A stretch of 64,000 nt of DNA, from positions 27,404,001 to 27,468,000 of the forward strand of contig OZ024748.1 of assembly GCA_964016885.1 (NCBI GenBank), given 5' to 3'. Origin of the DNA: Eledone cirrhosa. Taxonomy: Eukaryota. The translations under genes and the position numbers were made by a program. Position 1 is the stretch's first letter. Every line of letters begins with the position of its first letter. Of the stretch, positions 1 through 13,900 are shown piece after piece. Under the pieces are notes generated by a model. The model saw only the letters and a program-made list of their open reading frames with translations. It had not been told where the DNA came from and ran no database searches.

Positions 1-34
1 TACAAACTTAATACTTCCACAATAATAATAATAA

Positions 35-526
35 TCTTAACTATTATAAAGAAAGGAGTGCGGGATTGCGTCCAGAATATATTTTTTTACCCCGTTTGTA
101 AAATAAGTTGGATTACTTTGAATAAATAATGAATGAATATTACATAATTTATGTGCTAAATTTCGTGGCTGTTGATTAAATATATTTTATAGCTTATTTA
201 AAGACATTTAAAATTCACTTCTTTAAAATTGTCAAATGTCAACACTTCCGGTTAGCGGCCGTAACTTATAATCGCAGATATTTCCGTCGCTAATTTTCTC
301 CTAATACAGTTTATATATAATATCGTCTTTTTTAAAATGTATCATGGATTACTTTACTGATTACAGAAGAGAGTGTAACACAGTCTCTCTTCAATTTCTG
401 TGCATTTTGTCAATTACGATTTTATTTGACATATCATATCTACATGTATATATACTTGCATATAATATCAATATACACACTACACATGCTAGCAGAAAAC
501 CACCCGTAGGGTGGTTTTTCTGCTAG
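35..526 (+). mobile_element. Non-autonomous Helitron-like element
   Basis: Starts TC after A and ends CTAG before T inside an (AAT)n tract; terminal hairpin CTAGCAGAAAACCACCC-GTA-GGGTGGTTTTTCTGCTAG at 489-526; no coding capacity. Confidence 0.55.
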
Positions 527-1096
527 TAATAATAATAATGCTTTCTTTATTTCTTTCTTTATTTAATAAAATAATATGGTGTGTATGTATGTGTTATTAT
601 ACGACCGTACGAAGCTAAGAGGATATGTGTGTGTATAAGTAAATAAAAGAGTGTGTGTGTGTGTGCTTGTTAGTACGAAGCTGTGAGCAAAAGTATGTTA
701 ACATAAACGAGTGTGTGTGTGTGTGTGTATACACAGCTGTGAAGGGAAAAGTAGAGGTGTGTGTGTGTGCATATTTAGTTGGTCTGTATCAGCTATAAAA
801 GCATATATTTCTGGCCATAAGAGAGCCATAGAAATTTAGGAGTGAATGTACAAGCGCGTGTGTGATAACGGACGGGGTAAACGTGACAGGAGCAAGGGTT
901 AGAGAAGTAAGCACGAACGTATATATGTGATATTAAAGAAATTGGGGAGGTGCTTCAAGATTGACAGATTTTCATTTCCAAATTCTATTATTATTATTTT
1001 TTTTTTTTTTATAAAACATAGATATTTTGAAATAATTATGAGAGAAAAAAAACATATCTTCATATTTATTGTGTTTACTAATCTGAAGAACATCAG

Positions 1097-1126
1097 TAAC
1101 CCGAGCAATGCCGGGTAATTCAGCTA

Positions 1127-1127
<1 letters not shown>
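1097..1127 (+). mobile_element. Helitron-like 3' terminus
   Basis: Hairpin ACCCGAGCAATGCCGGGT followed by AATTCAG-CTAG|T; partial repeat of the same end (CGGGTAATTCAACTAGT) at about 1167-1183. Confidence 0.55.
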
Positions 1128-1164
<37 letters not shown>

Positions 1165-1209
1165 TACGGGTAATTCAACTAGTATATATATATATATATA
1201 TATATATAT

Positions 1210-1323
1210 AACGAAGGAGATGGACCATAACGCACCAGAGTACTCAATACTTAGGGTAATAGAGTGGCGTTCAGAAATAGCCGTCGAAACGGCTTGAGCT
1301 CTGCCGTTGGGGTCAAACATTCT

Positions 1324-1325
<2 letters not shown>
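1210..1325. mobile_element. Family A fold-back element (copy 1, arms not overlapping)
   Basis: Tail segment in minus orientation joined to plus-orientation CAGAAATAGCCGTCGAAACGGCTTGAGCTCTGCCG; both ends abut (TA)n. Confidence 0.8.
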
Positions 1326-1368
<43 letters not shown>

Positions 1369-1455
1369 GTATATATATTCATATATTTTTCAACACTTAT
1401 AAAAAAAACTCTGCAATATAAAATAACATTAATCTTTAGTTCAGAAATATATTTT

Positions 1456-2482
1456 TGGTGGATGTGGTGGTGGTGGTGGTGGTGGTGGTGGTGGTGGTGG
1501 TGGTGGTGGTGGTGGTGGTCTGGATAATGGTGGTGGTGGTGGTGGTGGTGGTGGTGGTGGTGGTGGTGGTAGTGGTGGTGGTGGTGGTGGTGGTGGTGGT
1601 GGTGGTGGTGGTGGTGGTGGTGGTGGTGGTGTTGTGGTAATGGTGGTGGTGGTGTTGTGGTAATGGTGGTGGTGGTGGTGGTGGTGGTGGTGGTGGTGTT
1701 GTGGTAATGGTGGTGGTGGTGGTGGTGGTGGTGGTGGTGGTGGTGTAGTTGTGGTAATGGTGGTGGTGGTGGTGGTGGTGGTGGTGGTGGTGGTGGTGGT
1801 GGTGGTGTTGTGGTAATGGTGGTGGTGGTGGTGTTGTGGTAATGGTGGTGGTGGTGGTGGTGTAGTTGTGGTAATGGTGGTGGTGGTGGTGGTGGTGGTG
1901 GTGGTGGTGGTGTGGTAATGGTGGTGGTGGTGGTGTTGTGGTAATGGTGGTGGTGATGGTGGTGTAGTTGTGGTAATGGAGGTGGTGGTGGTGTTGTGGT
2001 AATGGTGGTGGTGTTGTGGTAATGGTGGTGGTGGTGGTGTTGTGGTAATGGTGGTTGTGGTGGTGGTGGTGGTGGTGGTGTTGTGGTAATGGGGGTGGTG
2101 GTGGTGTTGTGGTAATGGTGGTGGTGGTGGTGGTGGTGTTGTGGTAATGGTGGTGGTGGTGGTGGTGGTGTTGTGGTAATGGTGGTGGTGTTGTGGTAAT
2201 GGTGGTGGTGGTGGTGTTGTGGTAATGGTGGTGGTGGTGGTGGTGGTGGTGGTGTTGTGGTAATCGTGGTGGTGGTGGTGGTGTTGTGGTAATGGTGGTG
2301 GTGGTGGTGTTGTGGTAATGGTGGTGGTGGTAGTATTGTGGTATTCGTGGTGGTGGTGGTGGTGGTGTTGTGGTAATGGTGGTGGTGCTGGTGGTGGTGG
2401 TGGTGGTGTTTTTGTGGTAATGGCGGTGGTGGTGGTGGTGGTGTTATTGTGGTAATGGCGGTGGTGGAGGTGTTGTGGTAAT
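1456..2482. repeat. (GGT)n array with recurring GTGTTGTGGTAAT interruption
   Basis: Directly visible. Confidence 0.95.
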
Positions 2483-2689
2483 GACGCTATTGTTGTTGTG
2501 GGTGGTGGTGTGTGTGCTATTAATGAAGCCTATTCACAGTGACATAGCGAGGTGATACACTACGACGGCTATTTACACTAATTCACTGTGTTTAGGAGCC
2601 AAGTTCAAATCTGGACGTGGTCAACTCTACAATTCACCCCTCAGAGGTCAACAAACCACAAAAGATGACCAGCAGAGTCACGGGTTCAT

Positions 2690-2738
2690 TTCAACCCTCC
2701 ACATCTTCTCATCCACCGCCACACACACACACACACAC

Positions 2739-2822
<84 letters not shown>

Positions 2823-3037
2823 GCACACACACACACACACAATACATACTTCCCTCAACCGCCACACACACACTATACCTTTTCATCCACCGCCACACGC
2901 ACACACACACACACACATACACACACACACACAAAATCCTTCCATTGACCGCCAACACACACACACACTAAATCCTTCCATCCACCGCCACACACACACA
3001 CACTATACCTATTCACCCACCGCCACACGCAAACACA

Positions 3038-3070
<33 letters not shown>

Positions 3071-3370
3071 CATCCTTCCATTGACCGCCAACACACACAC
3101 ACACACACTAAATCCTTCCATCCACCGCCACACACACACACTACATCCTTCCATCCACCGCCACACACACAAACACACACACTACATCCTTCCATCCACC
3201 GCCACACACACAAACACACACACTACATTCTTCCATCCACCGCCACACACACACACACACACACAACACCCTTCCCTCCACCGCCACACACACACACACA
3301 CACACTACACCCTTCCCTCCACCGCCACACACACACACACTACACCCTTCCATCCACCGCCACACACAAC
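2690..3370. repeat. Minisatellite CTACATCCTTCCATCCACCGC+(CA)n, variable unit length
   Basis: More than a dozen copies of the core separated by CA runs. Confidence 0.9.
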
Positions 3371-3447
3371 ACCGTGGCTCTCTGCCAATGTAAAACAACA
3401 TTATCATTATATGTAATAATGATGTTGTTACTGTTGTGGATTATTCT

Positions 3448-6400
3448 TGTCGTTGTCGTCTTTGTTGTTGTAGTTGTTGTTGTTGTTGTTGTAGTTGTTG
3501 TTGTTGTTGTTGTGGTTGTGGTTGTTGTTGTAGTTGTTGTTGTTGTGGTTGTTGTAGTTGTAGCTGTTGTTGTAGTTGTAGTTGTTGTTCCTTTTATTGT
3601 TGTTGTTGTGGTTGTTGTCGTTATTGAAGTTGTTGTTGTTGTAGTTGTTGTTGTGGTTGTTGTGGTTGTTGTTGTTTTAGTTGTTGTTGTGGTTGTAGTA
3701 GTTGTTGTGGTTGTTGTAGTAGTTGTTGTGGTTGTAGTAGTTGTTGTGGTTGTTGTTGTAGTTGTTGTTGTGGTTGTTGTTGTAGTTGTTGTTGTTGTTG
3801 TAGTTGTTGTGGTTGTTGTTGTAGTTGTTGTAGTTGTTGTGGTTGTTGTTGTAGTTGTTGTGGTTGTTGTAGTTGTTGTGGTTGTTGTTGTTGTTGTTGT
3901 AGTTGTTGTAGTAGTTGTTGTGGTTGTTGTTGTAGTTGTTGTTGTTGTTGTTGTAGTTGTTGTTGTAGTTGTAGTTGTTGTTGTGGTTGTTGTGGTTGTT
4001 GTTGTAGTTGTTGTAGTAGTTGTTGTGGTTGTTGTTGTAGTTGGAGTAGTTGTTGTGGTTGTTGTTGTAGTTGTTGTGGTTGTTGTTGTAGTTGTTGTGG
4101 TTGTTGTTGTTGTTGTTGTGGTTGTTGTAGTAGTTGTTGTGGTTGTTGTTGTAGTTGTTGTGGTTGTTGTTGTAGTTGTTGTGGTTGTTGTTGTAGTTGT
4201 TGTGGTTGTTGTGGTTGTTGTTGTAGTTGTTGTAGTAGTTGTTGTGGTTGTTGTGGTTGTTGTTGTAGTTGTTGTAGTTGTTGTGGTTGTTGTTGTAGTT
4301 GTTGTGGTTGTTGTTGTAGTTGTTGTGGTTGTTGTTGTAGTTGTTGTGGTTGTTGTAGTAGTTCTAGTTGTTGTGGTTGTTGTAGTAGTTGTTGTAGTTG
4401 TTGTAGTTGTTGTGGTTGTTGTAGTAGTTGTTGTAGTTGTTGTTGTAGTTGTTGTGGTTGTTGTTGTAGTGGTTGTTGTGGTTGTTGTTGTAGTTGTTGT
4501 AGTTGTTGTGGTTGTTGTGGTTGTTGTAGTAGTTGTTGTAGTTGTTGTTGTAGTTGTTGTAGTAGTTGTTGTAGTTGTTGTGGTTGTTGTAGTAGTTGTT
4601 GTTGTAGTTGTGGTTGTTGTAGTAGTTGTTGTGGTTGTTGTTGTTGTAGTGGTTGTTGTAGTAGTTGTTGTGGTTGTTGTTGTAGTTGTTGTGGTTGTTG
4701 TACTAGTTGTTGTGGTTGTTGTTGTAGTTGTAGTGGTTGTTGTTGTAGTTGTAGTGGTTGTTGTTGTAGTTGTTGTGGTTGTTGTAGTAGTTGTAGTGGT
4801 TGTTGTTGTAGTTGTTGTGGTTGTTGTTGTTGTGGTTGTTGTAGTAGTTGTTGTGGTTGTTGTTGTAGTTGTTGTGGTTGTTGTTGTTGTTGTAGTAGTT
4901 GTAGTTGTTGTGGTTGTTGTAGTAGTTGTTGTGGTTGTTGTTGTAGTTGTTGTGGTTGTTGTTGTTGTTGTTGTGGTTGTTGTAGTAGTTGTTCTGGTTG
5001 TTGTGGTTGTTGTAGTAGTTGTTCTGGTTGTTGTTGTAGTTGTGGTTGTTGTTGTAGTTGTTGTGGTTGTTGTTGTGGTTGTTGTAGTAGTTGTAGTTGT
5101 TGTGGTTGTTGTAGTAGTTGTTGTGGTTGTTGTAGTAGTTGTTGTGGTTGTTGTTGTTGTTTTGGTTGTTGTAGTAGTTGTTGCGGTTGTTGTTGTAGTT
5201 GTTGTGGTTGTTGTTGTAGTTGTTGTAGTAGTTGTAGTTGTTGTGGTTGTTGTAGTAGTTGTTGTGGTTGTTGTAGTAGTTGTTGTGGTTGTTGTTGTTG
5301 TTGTTGTGGTTGTTGTAGTAGTTGTTGTGGTTGTTGTTGTAGTTGTTGTGGTTGTTGTTGTGGTTGTTGTAGTAGTTGTAGTTGTTGTGGTTGTTGTAGT
5401 AGTTGTTGTGGTTGTTGTAGTAGTTGTTGTGGTTGTTGTTGTTGTTGTGGTTGTTGTAGTAGTTGTTGTGGTTGTTGTTGTAGTTGTTGTGGTTGTTGTA
5501 CTAGTTGTTGTGGTTGTTGTAGTAGTTGTAGTTGTTGTGGTTGTTGTAGTAGTTGTAGTGGTTGTTGTAGTTGTTGTGGTTGTTGTAGTAGTTGTTGTGG
5601 TTGTTGTTCTAGTAGTTGTTATGGTTGTTGTTGTAGTTGTTGTGGTTGTTGTTGTTGTTGTTGTGGTTGTTGTAGTAGTTGTAGTTGTTGTTGTTGTGGT
5701 TGTTGTAGTAGTTGTAGTTGTTGTGGTTGTTGTAGTAGTTGTAGTGGTTGTTGTAGTTGTTGTGGTTGTTGTAGTAGTTGTTGTGGTTGTTGTTGTGGTT
5801 GTTGTAGTAGTTGTAGTTGTTGTGGTTGTTGTAGTAGTTGTTGTGGTTGTTGTTGTAGTAGTTGTTATGGTTGTTGTTGTAGTTGTTGTGGTTGTTGTAG
5901 TTGTTGTGGTTGTTGTTGTGGTTGTTGTAGTAGTTGTAGTTGTTGTGGTTGTTGTAGTAGTTGTAGTGGTTGTTGTAGTTGTTGTGGTTGTTGTAGTAGT
6001 TGTTGTGGTTGTTGTTGTTGTGGTTGTTGTAGTAGTTGTTGTGGTTGTTGTAGTAGTTGTTGTGGTTGTTGTTGTTGTGGTTGTTGTAGTAGTTGTTGTG
6101 GTTGTTGTTGTAGTTGTTGTGGTTGTTGTTGTTGTGGTTGTTGTAGTAGTTGTTGTGGTTGTTGTTGTAGTCGTTGTGGTTGTTGTACTAGTTGTTGTGG
6201 TTGTTGTAGTAGTTGTAGTTGTTGTGGTTGTTGTATTAGTTGTAGTGGTTGTTGTAGTTGTTTTGGTTGTTGTAGTAGTTGTTGTGGTTGTTGTTGTAGT
6301 AGTTGTTATGGTTGTTGTTGTAGCTGTTGTGGTTGTTGTAGTAGTTGTAGTTGTTGTGGTTGTTGTAGTTGTTGTAGAGGTTGTTGTAGTTGTTGTGGTT

Positions 6401-7845
6401 GTTGTAGTAGTTGTTGTGGTTGTTGTTGTAGCTGTTGTGGTTGTTGTAGTAGTTCTAGTTGTTGTGGTTGTTGTAGTAGTTGTTGTGGTTGTTGTTGTAG
6501 TTGTTGTGGTTGTTGTTGTTGTTGTTGTGGTTGTTGTAGTAGTTGTTGTGGTTGTTGTTGTAGTTGTTGTAGTAGTTGTAGTTGTTGTGGTTGTTGTAGT
6601 AGTTGTTGTGGTTGTTGTTGTAGTTGTTGTGGTTTTTGTTGTTGTTGTTGTGGTTGTTGTAGTAGTTGTTGTGGTTGTTGTTGTAGTTGTTGTGGTTGTT
6701 GTAGTAGTTGTTGTGGTTGTTGTTGTAGTTGCTGTTGTGGTTGTTGTTGTTGTTGTTGTGGTTGTTGTTGTTGTTGTTGTGGTTGTTGTAGTAGTTGTTG
6801 TGGTTGTTGTTGTAGTTGTTGTGGTTGTTGTTGTAGTTGTTGTGGTTGTTGTGGTTGTTGTTGTGGTTGTTGTTGTAGTTGTTGTGGTTGTTGTTGTAGT
6901 TGTTGTGGTTGTTGTTGTTGTTGTAGTAGCTGTTGTGGTTGTTGTTGTAGCTGTTGTGGTTGTTGTTGTTGTTGTAGTTGTTGTTGTAGTTGTTGTAGTT
7001 GTTGTTGTAGTAGTTGTGGTTGTTGTTGTAGTTGTTGTGGTTGTTGTAGTAGTTGTTGCGGTTGTTGTGGTTGTTGTGTTTGTTGTAGTAGTTGTTGTGG
7101 TTGTTGTTGTAGTTGTTGTGGTTGTTGTTGTAGTTGTTGTTGTGGTTGTTGTTGTAGTTGTTGTGGTTGTTGTTGTGGTTGTTGTAGTAGTTGTTGTGGT
7201 TGTTGTAGTAGTTGTTGTGGTTGTTGTAGTAGTTGCTGTGGTTGTTGTAGTAGTTATTGTGGTTGTTGTAGTAGTTGCTGTGGTTGTTGTAGTAGTTGTT
7301 GTGGTTGTTGTTGTAGTTGTTGTAGTTGTTGTTGTAGTAGTTGTGGTTGTTGTTGTGGTTGTGGTTGTTGTAGTAGTTGTTGTGGTTGTTGTTGTAGTTG
7401 TTGTGGTTGTTGTAGTAGTTGTTGTGGTTGTTGTAGTAGTTGCTGTGGTTGTTGTAGTAGTTGTTGTGGTTGTTGTTGTAGTTGTTGTAGTTGTTGTTGT
7501 AGTAGTTGTGGTTGTTGTTGTGGTTGTCGTAGTAGTTGTTGTGGTTGTTGTAGTAGTTGCTGTGGTTGTTGTAGAAGTTGTTGTGGTTTTTGTAGTAGTT
7601 GCTGTGGTTGTTGTAGTAGTTGTTGTGGCTGTTGTTGTAGTTGTTGTTGTGGTTGTTGTTGTAGTTGTTGTTGTAGTTGTTTTTGTGGTTGTTGTAGTAG
7701 TTGTTGTGGTTGTTGTTGTAGTTGTTGTTGTGGTTGTTGTTGTAGTTGCTGTGGTTGTTGTAGTAGTTGTTGTTGTAGTTGTTGTTGTGGTTGTTGTAGT
7801 AGTTGTTGTGGTTGCTGTAGTAGTAGTTGTTGTTGTTGTAGTTGT
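3448..7845. repeat. 4.4-kb in-phase GTT/GTA/GTG trinucleotide array
   Basis: Gives the poly-Val (+) and poly-Thr (-) ORFs of the track; phase never broken. Confidence 0.95.
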
Positions 7846-7887
7846 CATTATTTCTTGTAATTGTTGCTATTGGTATTATTGTCTAAA

Positions 7888-8965
7888 TAGTAGTAGTGGT
7901 AGTAGTAGTAGTGGTAGTAGTAGTAGTGGTGGTAGAAGTAGTAGTGGTAGTAGTAGTAGTAGTGGTAGTAGTAGTAGTAGTAGTAGTGGTAGATGTAGTA
8001 GTGGTAGTAGTGGTAGTAGTAGTGGTAGAAGTAGTAGTGGTAGTAGTAGTAGTGGTGGTAGTAGTAGTGTTGGTAGAAGTAGTAGTGGTAGTAGTAGTAG
8101 TGGTAGTAGTAGTAGTGGTGATAGATGTAGCAGTGGTAGTAGTGGTAGTAGTAGTAGTAGTGATAGAAGTAGTAGTGGTAGTAGTAGTAGTGGTAGTTGT
8201 TATTTATGACGATGAAGTCATCAATGTCACAGTTCTTGATTTTGTTGTAGTTGTTTTACTTGTTTCCTATTGTTGCTTTTGTTGTTGTTTTAATCATACC
8301 ACCGCCACCACCACCACCACCACCACCACCACCACCACCACCACCTCCACTACTACCACCACCACCACCACCACTACTACAACCATCAGCATCACTACCA
8401 CCACCTCCACTACTACCACCACCACCACCACCACTACCACCACCACCGCCACCACCATCACTACCACCACCTCCACTACTATCACCACCACCACCACCAC
8501 CACCACTACCACAACCATCACCACCACCATCACTACCACCACCACTACCTCCACCATCATTGCCACCACCACCAACCACTTTCACCACCACATTGTTGTT
8601 GTAGTTGTTCTAACTGTTGTTGTTGCCGTAGTTGTTGTTGTTCTTGTAATTGTTGTTGTTGTTGTTGTTGCCGTAGTTGTTGTTGTTCTTGTAACTGTTA
8701 TTGTTGTTGTTGTTGCCGTAGTTGTTGTTGTTCTTGTAACTGTTGTTGTTGCTGTTGTTGTTGTTGCAGCAATCATGACCATCTTCATGTGAAATCAAGA
8801 TTATATTTTGCCTCAATTAATCTCCACCATAACCCATTCCTTAAATTTTCTTCCTTATCTCCCCCCCATCAGCAACACCGCCATCATCCCACTATCACCC
8901 CTCCCTGCACCACCATCACTACTAGTACTACTACTACCACCACCACCACCTCCACCACCACCACC

Positions 8966-9026
<61 letters not shown>

Positions 9027-9064
9027 GTACTACTACTACTACTATTACCACCACCACCACCACC

Positions 9065-9117
<53 letters not shown>
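7888..9117. repeat. Mixed (GTA)n, (ACC)n, (GTT)n, (ACT)n microsatellites
   Basis: Directly visible. Confidence 0.9.
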
Positions 9118-9294
9118 AGCCATAACCTGTCTGTCATCCAATAATTTTGTATTCATTCAATGATGACTTGTTATCAATAGAATATTAACCCCAACCCCTA
9201 AATGGACCCCCCCTATACCTCACCGTCCCCTTATACCCTACCTAAATACCCCCTGTCTTTATAAATACTTATAGCTTAGAATGTGGCAGACTTC

Positions 9295-9295
9295 A

Positions 9296-9370
<75 letters not shown>

Positions 9371-9512
9371 ATATTTTTTACACGACTGTATGTAAAATCC
9401 CCGGCATGTCTTTGTATTGTCCCCTTTCTTGTTGCGCCCTTGTGGCTAATAAAGAAATCTATCTATCTATCTATATATATCTATCTACCTATCTACCTAT
9501 CTACCTGTCTAT

Positions 9513-9592
<80 letters not shown>

Positions 9593-9690
9593 ATATATAT
9601 ATCTATCTACCTATCTACCTATCTACCTATCTACCTATCTACCTGTCTATCTATCTATCTATCTGTCTGTCTATCTATATGTCTGTCTGT
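9295..9690. repeat. (TATC)n microsatellites
   Basis: Directly visible. Confidence 0.9.
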
Positions 9691-9876
9691 CTAACTACTC
9701 ATCTCTCGCTCCCCCTCTCTCTGTCTATTTACCCCCTCTCTCTCTGTCTATCTCTCTATCGTATGATTCTCCCTCTGTTACTACATCCCTCTCTCTCTCT
9801 ACCTCTCATTGTACCTTTCTCAAACCCACACACAATTACATACGCCCTCCTTCACAGTCATATATATAACATCTTC

Positions 9877-9908
<32 letters not shown>

Positions 9909-10934
9909 CCTTCACACAGTCATATACATAACATCCTCCACACATACACAGACATACACATATTTGCAACCACAATATCCGTAATGATTATATAAACACA
10001 AATTCAGACCGCCTCACTTCAACGACCACGTCACTACACCACCACCACCACCACCACCTTCACCACTGCCCCCCCCCCCCCCTCTCGACTACAATCTATC
10101 TCCACAATCAGTTAGATTGCCATTCACTGATTGGCAAATAATTGGCGGGCAACTACGGAAATCAAAAGTCATTAATACATACACACCACCAACACCACCA
10201 CCACCAGCACCACCACCACCACCACCAGCACCACCACCAACATCACCACTACCAACATCACCACCACCACCACCACCACCACCACCAGCACCACCACCAC
10301 CACAACCAGCACCACCACCAACATCACCACTACCAACATCACCACCACCACCACCACCAGCACCACCAGCACCACCACCACCACCACCAGCACCACCACC
10401 AACATCACCACTACCAACATCAGCACCAGCACCACCACCACCAGCACCACCAGCACCAGCACCACCACCACCACCAGCACCACCACAACCACCACCAGCA
10501 CCACCACCAGCACCACCACCACCACCACCAGCACCATCACCAACATCACCACTACCAACACCACCACCAACATCACCACTACCAACACCACAACCACCAC
10601 AAGCACCACCACTAACATCACCACTACCAACACCACCACTACCACCACCAACATCACCACTACAAACACCACAACCATCACCACCAGCACCACCAAGATC
10701 ACCACTACCAACACCACAACCATCACCACCACCACCACCAATAACATCACCACCACCACCGCCAACACCACCACCACCACCATCATCCCTACCAAACCAA
10801 CAACACCACCACCACAGACAATACCACCACCACCACCAACAACAAAAACAACATCACCACTATCACCACCACCATCACCATCATCACCACCACCACCAAC
10901 AACACCAACGTCTCCAAAATCCCAACCACCACTA

Positions 10935-13900
10935 GCACCAACAACTCCACTAACACAAACACTATCATCATCATCACCACCAACAACTCCACTAACACCA
11001 ACACTATCATCATCATCACCAACAACAACTCCACTAACACCAACACTATCACCACCACCAACAACTCCACTAACACCAACACTATCATCACCACCACCAA
11101 CAACTCCACTAACACCAACACTATCACCACCACCAACAACTCCACTAACACCAACACTATCACCACCACCAACAACTCCACTAACACCAACACTATCACC
11201 ACCACCAACAACTCCACTAACACCAACACTATCACCATCACCACCAACAACTCCACTAACACCAACACTATCACCACCACCAACAACTCCACTAACACCA
11301 ACACTATCACCACCACCACCAACAACTCCACTAACACCAACACTATCACCACCACCACCAACAACTCCACTAACACCAACACTATCATCACCACCACCAA
11401 CAACTCCACTAACACCAACACTATCACCACCAACAACAACTCCACTAACACCAACACTATCACCATCACCACCAACAACTCCACTAACACCAACACTATC
11501 ACCACCACCAACAACTCCACTAACACCAACACTATCACCACCACCACCAACAACTCCACTAACACCAACACTATCACCACCACCACCAACAACTCCACTA
11601 ACACCAACACTATCATCACCACCACCACCAACAACTCCACTAACACCAACACTATCACCACCAACAACAACTCCACTAACACCAACACTATCACCACCAC
11701 CACCAACAACTCTACTAACACCAACACTATCACCATCACCACCAACAACTCCACTAACACCAACACTATCACCACCACCAACAACTCCACTAACACCAAC
11801 ACTATCACCACCAACAACAACTCCACTAACACCAACACTATCACCATCACCACCAACAACTCCACTAACACCAACACTATCACCACCAACAACAACTCCA
11901 CTAACACCAACACTATCACCACCACCACCAACAACTCCACTAACACCAACACTATCATCACCACCAACAACAACTCCACTAACACCAACACTATCACCAT
12001 CACCACCAACAACTCCACTAACACCAACACTATCACCACCACCAACAACTCCACTAACACCAACACTATCACCACCACCACCAACAACTCCACTAACACC
12101 AACACTATCACCACCACCACCAACAACTCCACTAACACCAACACTATCACCACCACCACCAACAACTCCACTAACACCAACACTATCATCATCACCACCA
12201 ACAACTCCACTAACACCAACACTATCACCACCACCACCAACAACTCCACTAACACCAACACTATCAACATCACCACCAACAACTCCAATAATACCAACAC
12301 TATCATCACCACCAACAACTCCACTAACACCAACACTATCACCACCACCACCAACAACTCCACTAACACCAACACTATCACCACCATCACCAACAACTCC
12401 ACTAACACCAACACTATCACCATCACCACCAACAACTCCACTAACACCAACACTATCATCACCACCAACAACTCCACTAACACCAACACTATCACCACCA
12501 CCACCAACAACTCCACTAACACCAACACTATCACCACCACCACCAACAACTCCACTAACACCAACACTATCATCACCACCACCAACAACTCCACTAACAC
12601 CAACACTATCACCACCAACAACAACTCCACTAACACCAACACTATCACCATCACCACCAACAACTCCACTAACACCAACACTATCACCACCACCAACAAC
12701 TCCACTAACACCAACACTATCACCACCACCACCAACAACTCCACTAACACCAACACTATCACCACCACCACCAACAACTCCACTAACACCAACACTATCA
12801 TCACCACCACCACCAACAACTCCACTAAAACCAACACTATCACCACCACCAACAACTCCACTAACACCAACACTATCACCACCACCAACAACTCCACTAA
12901 CACCAACACTATCACCACCACCACCAACAACTCCACTAACACCAACACTATCACCACCACCACCAACAACTCCACTAACACCAACACTATCACCACCACC
13001 ACCAACAACTCCACTAACACCAACACTATCATCACCACCACCACCAACAACTCCACTAACACCAACACTATCATCACCAACAACAACTCCACTAACACCA
13101 ACACTATCACCACCACCACCAACAACTCTACTAACACCAACACTATCACCATCACCACCAACAACTCCACTAACACCAACACTATCACCACCACCAACAA
13201 CTCCACTAACACCAACACTATCACCACCAACAACAACTCCACTAACACCAACACTATCACCATCACCACCAACAACTCCACTAACACCAACACTATCACC
13301 ACCAACAACAACTCCACTAACACCAACACTATCACCACCACCACCAACAACTCCACTAACACCAACACTATCATCACCACCAACAACAACTCCACTAACA
13401 CCAACACTATCACCATCACCACCAACAACTCCACTAACACCAACACTATCACCACCACCAACAACTCCACTAACACCAACACTATCACCACCACCACCAA
13501 CAACTCCACTAACACCAACACTATCACCACCACCACCAACAACTCCACTAACACCAACACTATCACCACCACCACCAACAACTCCACTAACACCAACACT
13601 ATCATCATCACCACCAACAACTCCACTAACACCAACACTATCACCACCACCACCAACAACTCCACTAACACCAACACTATCAACATCACCACCAACAACT
13701 CCAATAACACCAACACTATCATCACCACCAACAACTCCACTAACACCAACACTATCACCACCACCACCAACAACTCCACTAACACCAACACTATCACCAC
13801 CATCACCAACAACTCCACTAACACCAACACTATCACCATCACCACCAACAACTCCACTAACACCAACACTATCATCACCACCAACAACAACTCCACTAAC

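Noticed and set aside
489-526. Rho-independent terminator
   Set aside because: Eukaryotic DNA; a hairpin ending CTAG|T fits a Helitron end.
3374-8209. 1611-aa poly-Val ORF
   Set aside because: Trinucleotide array; implausible protein.
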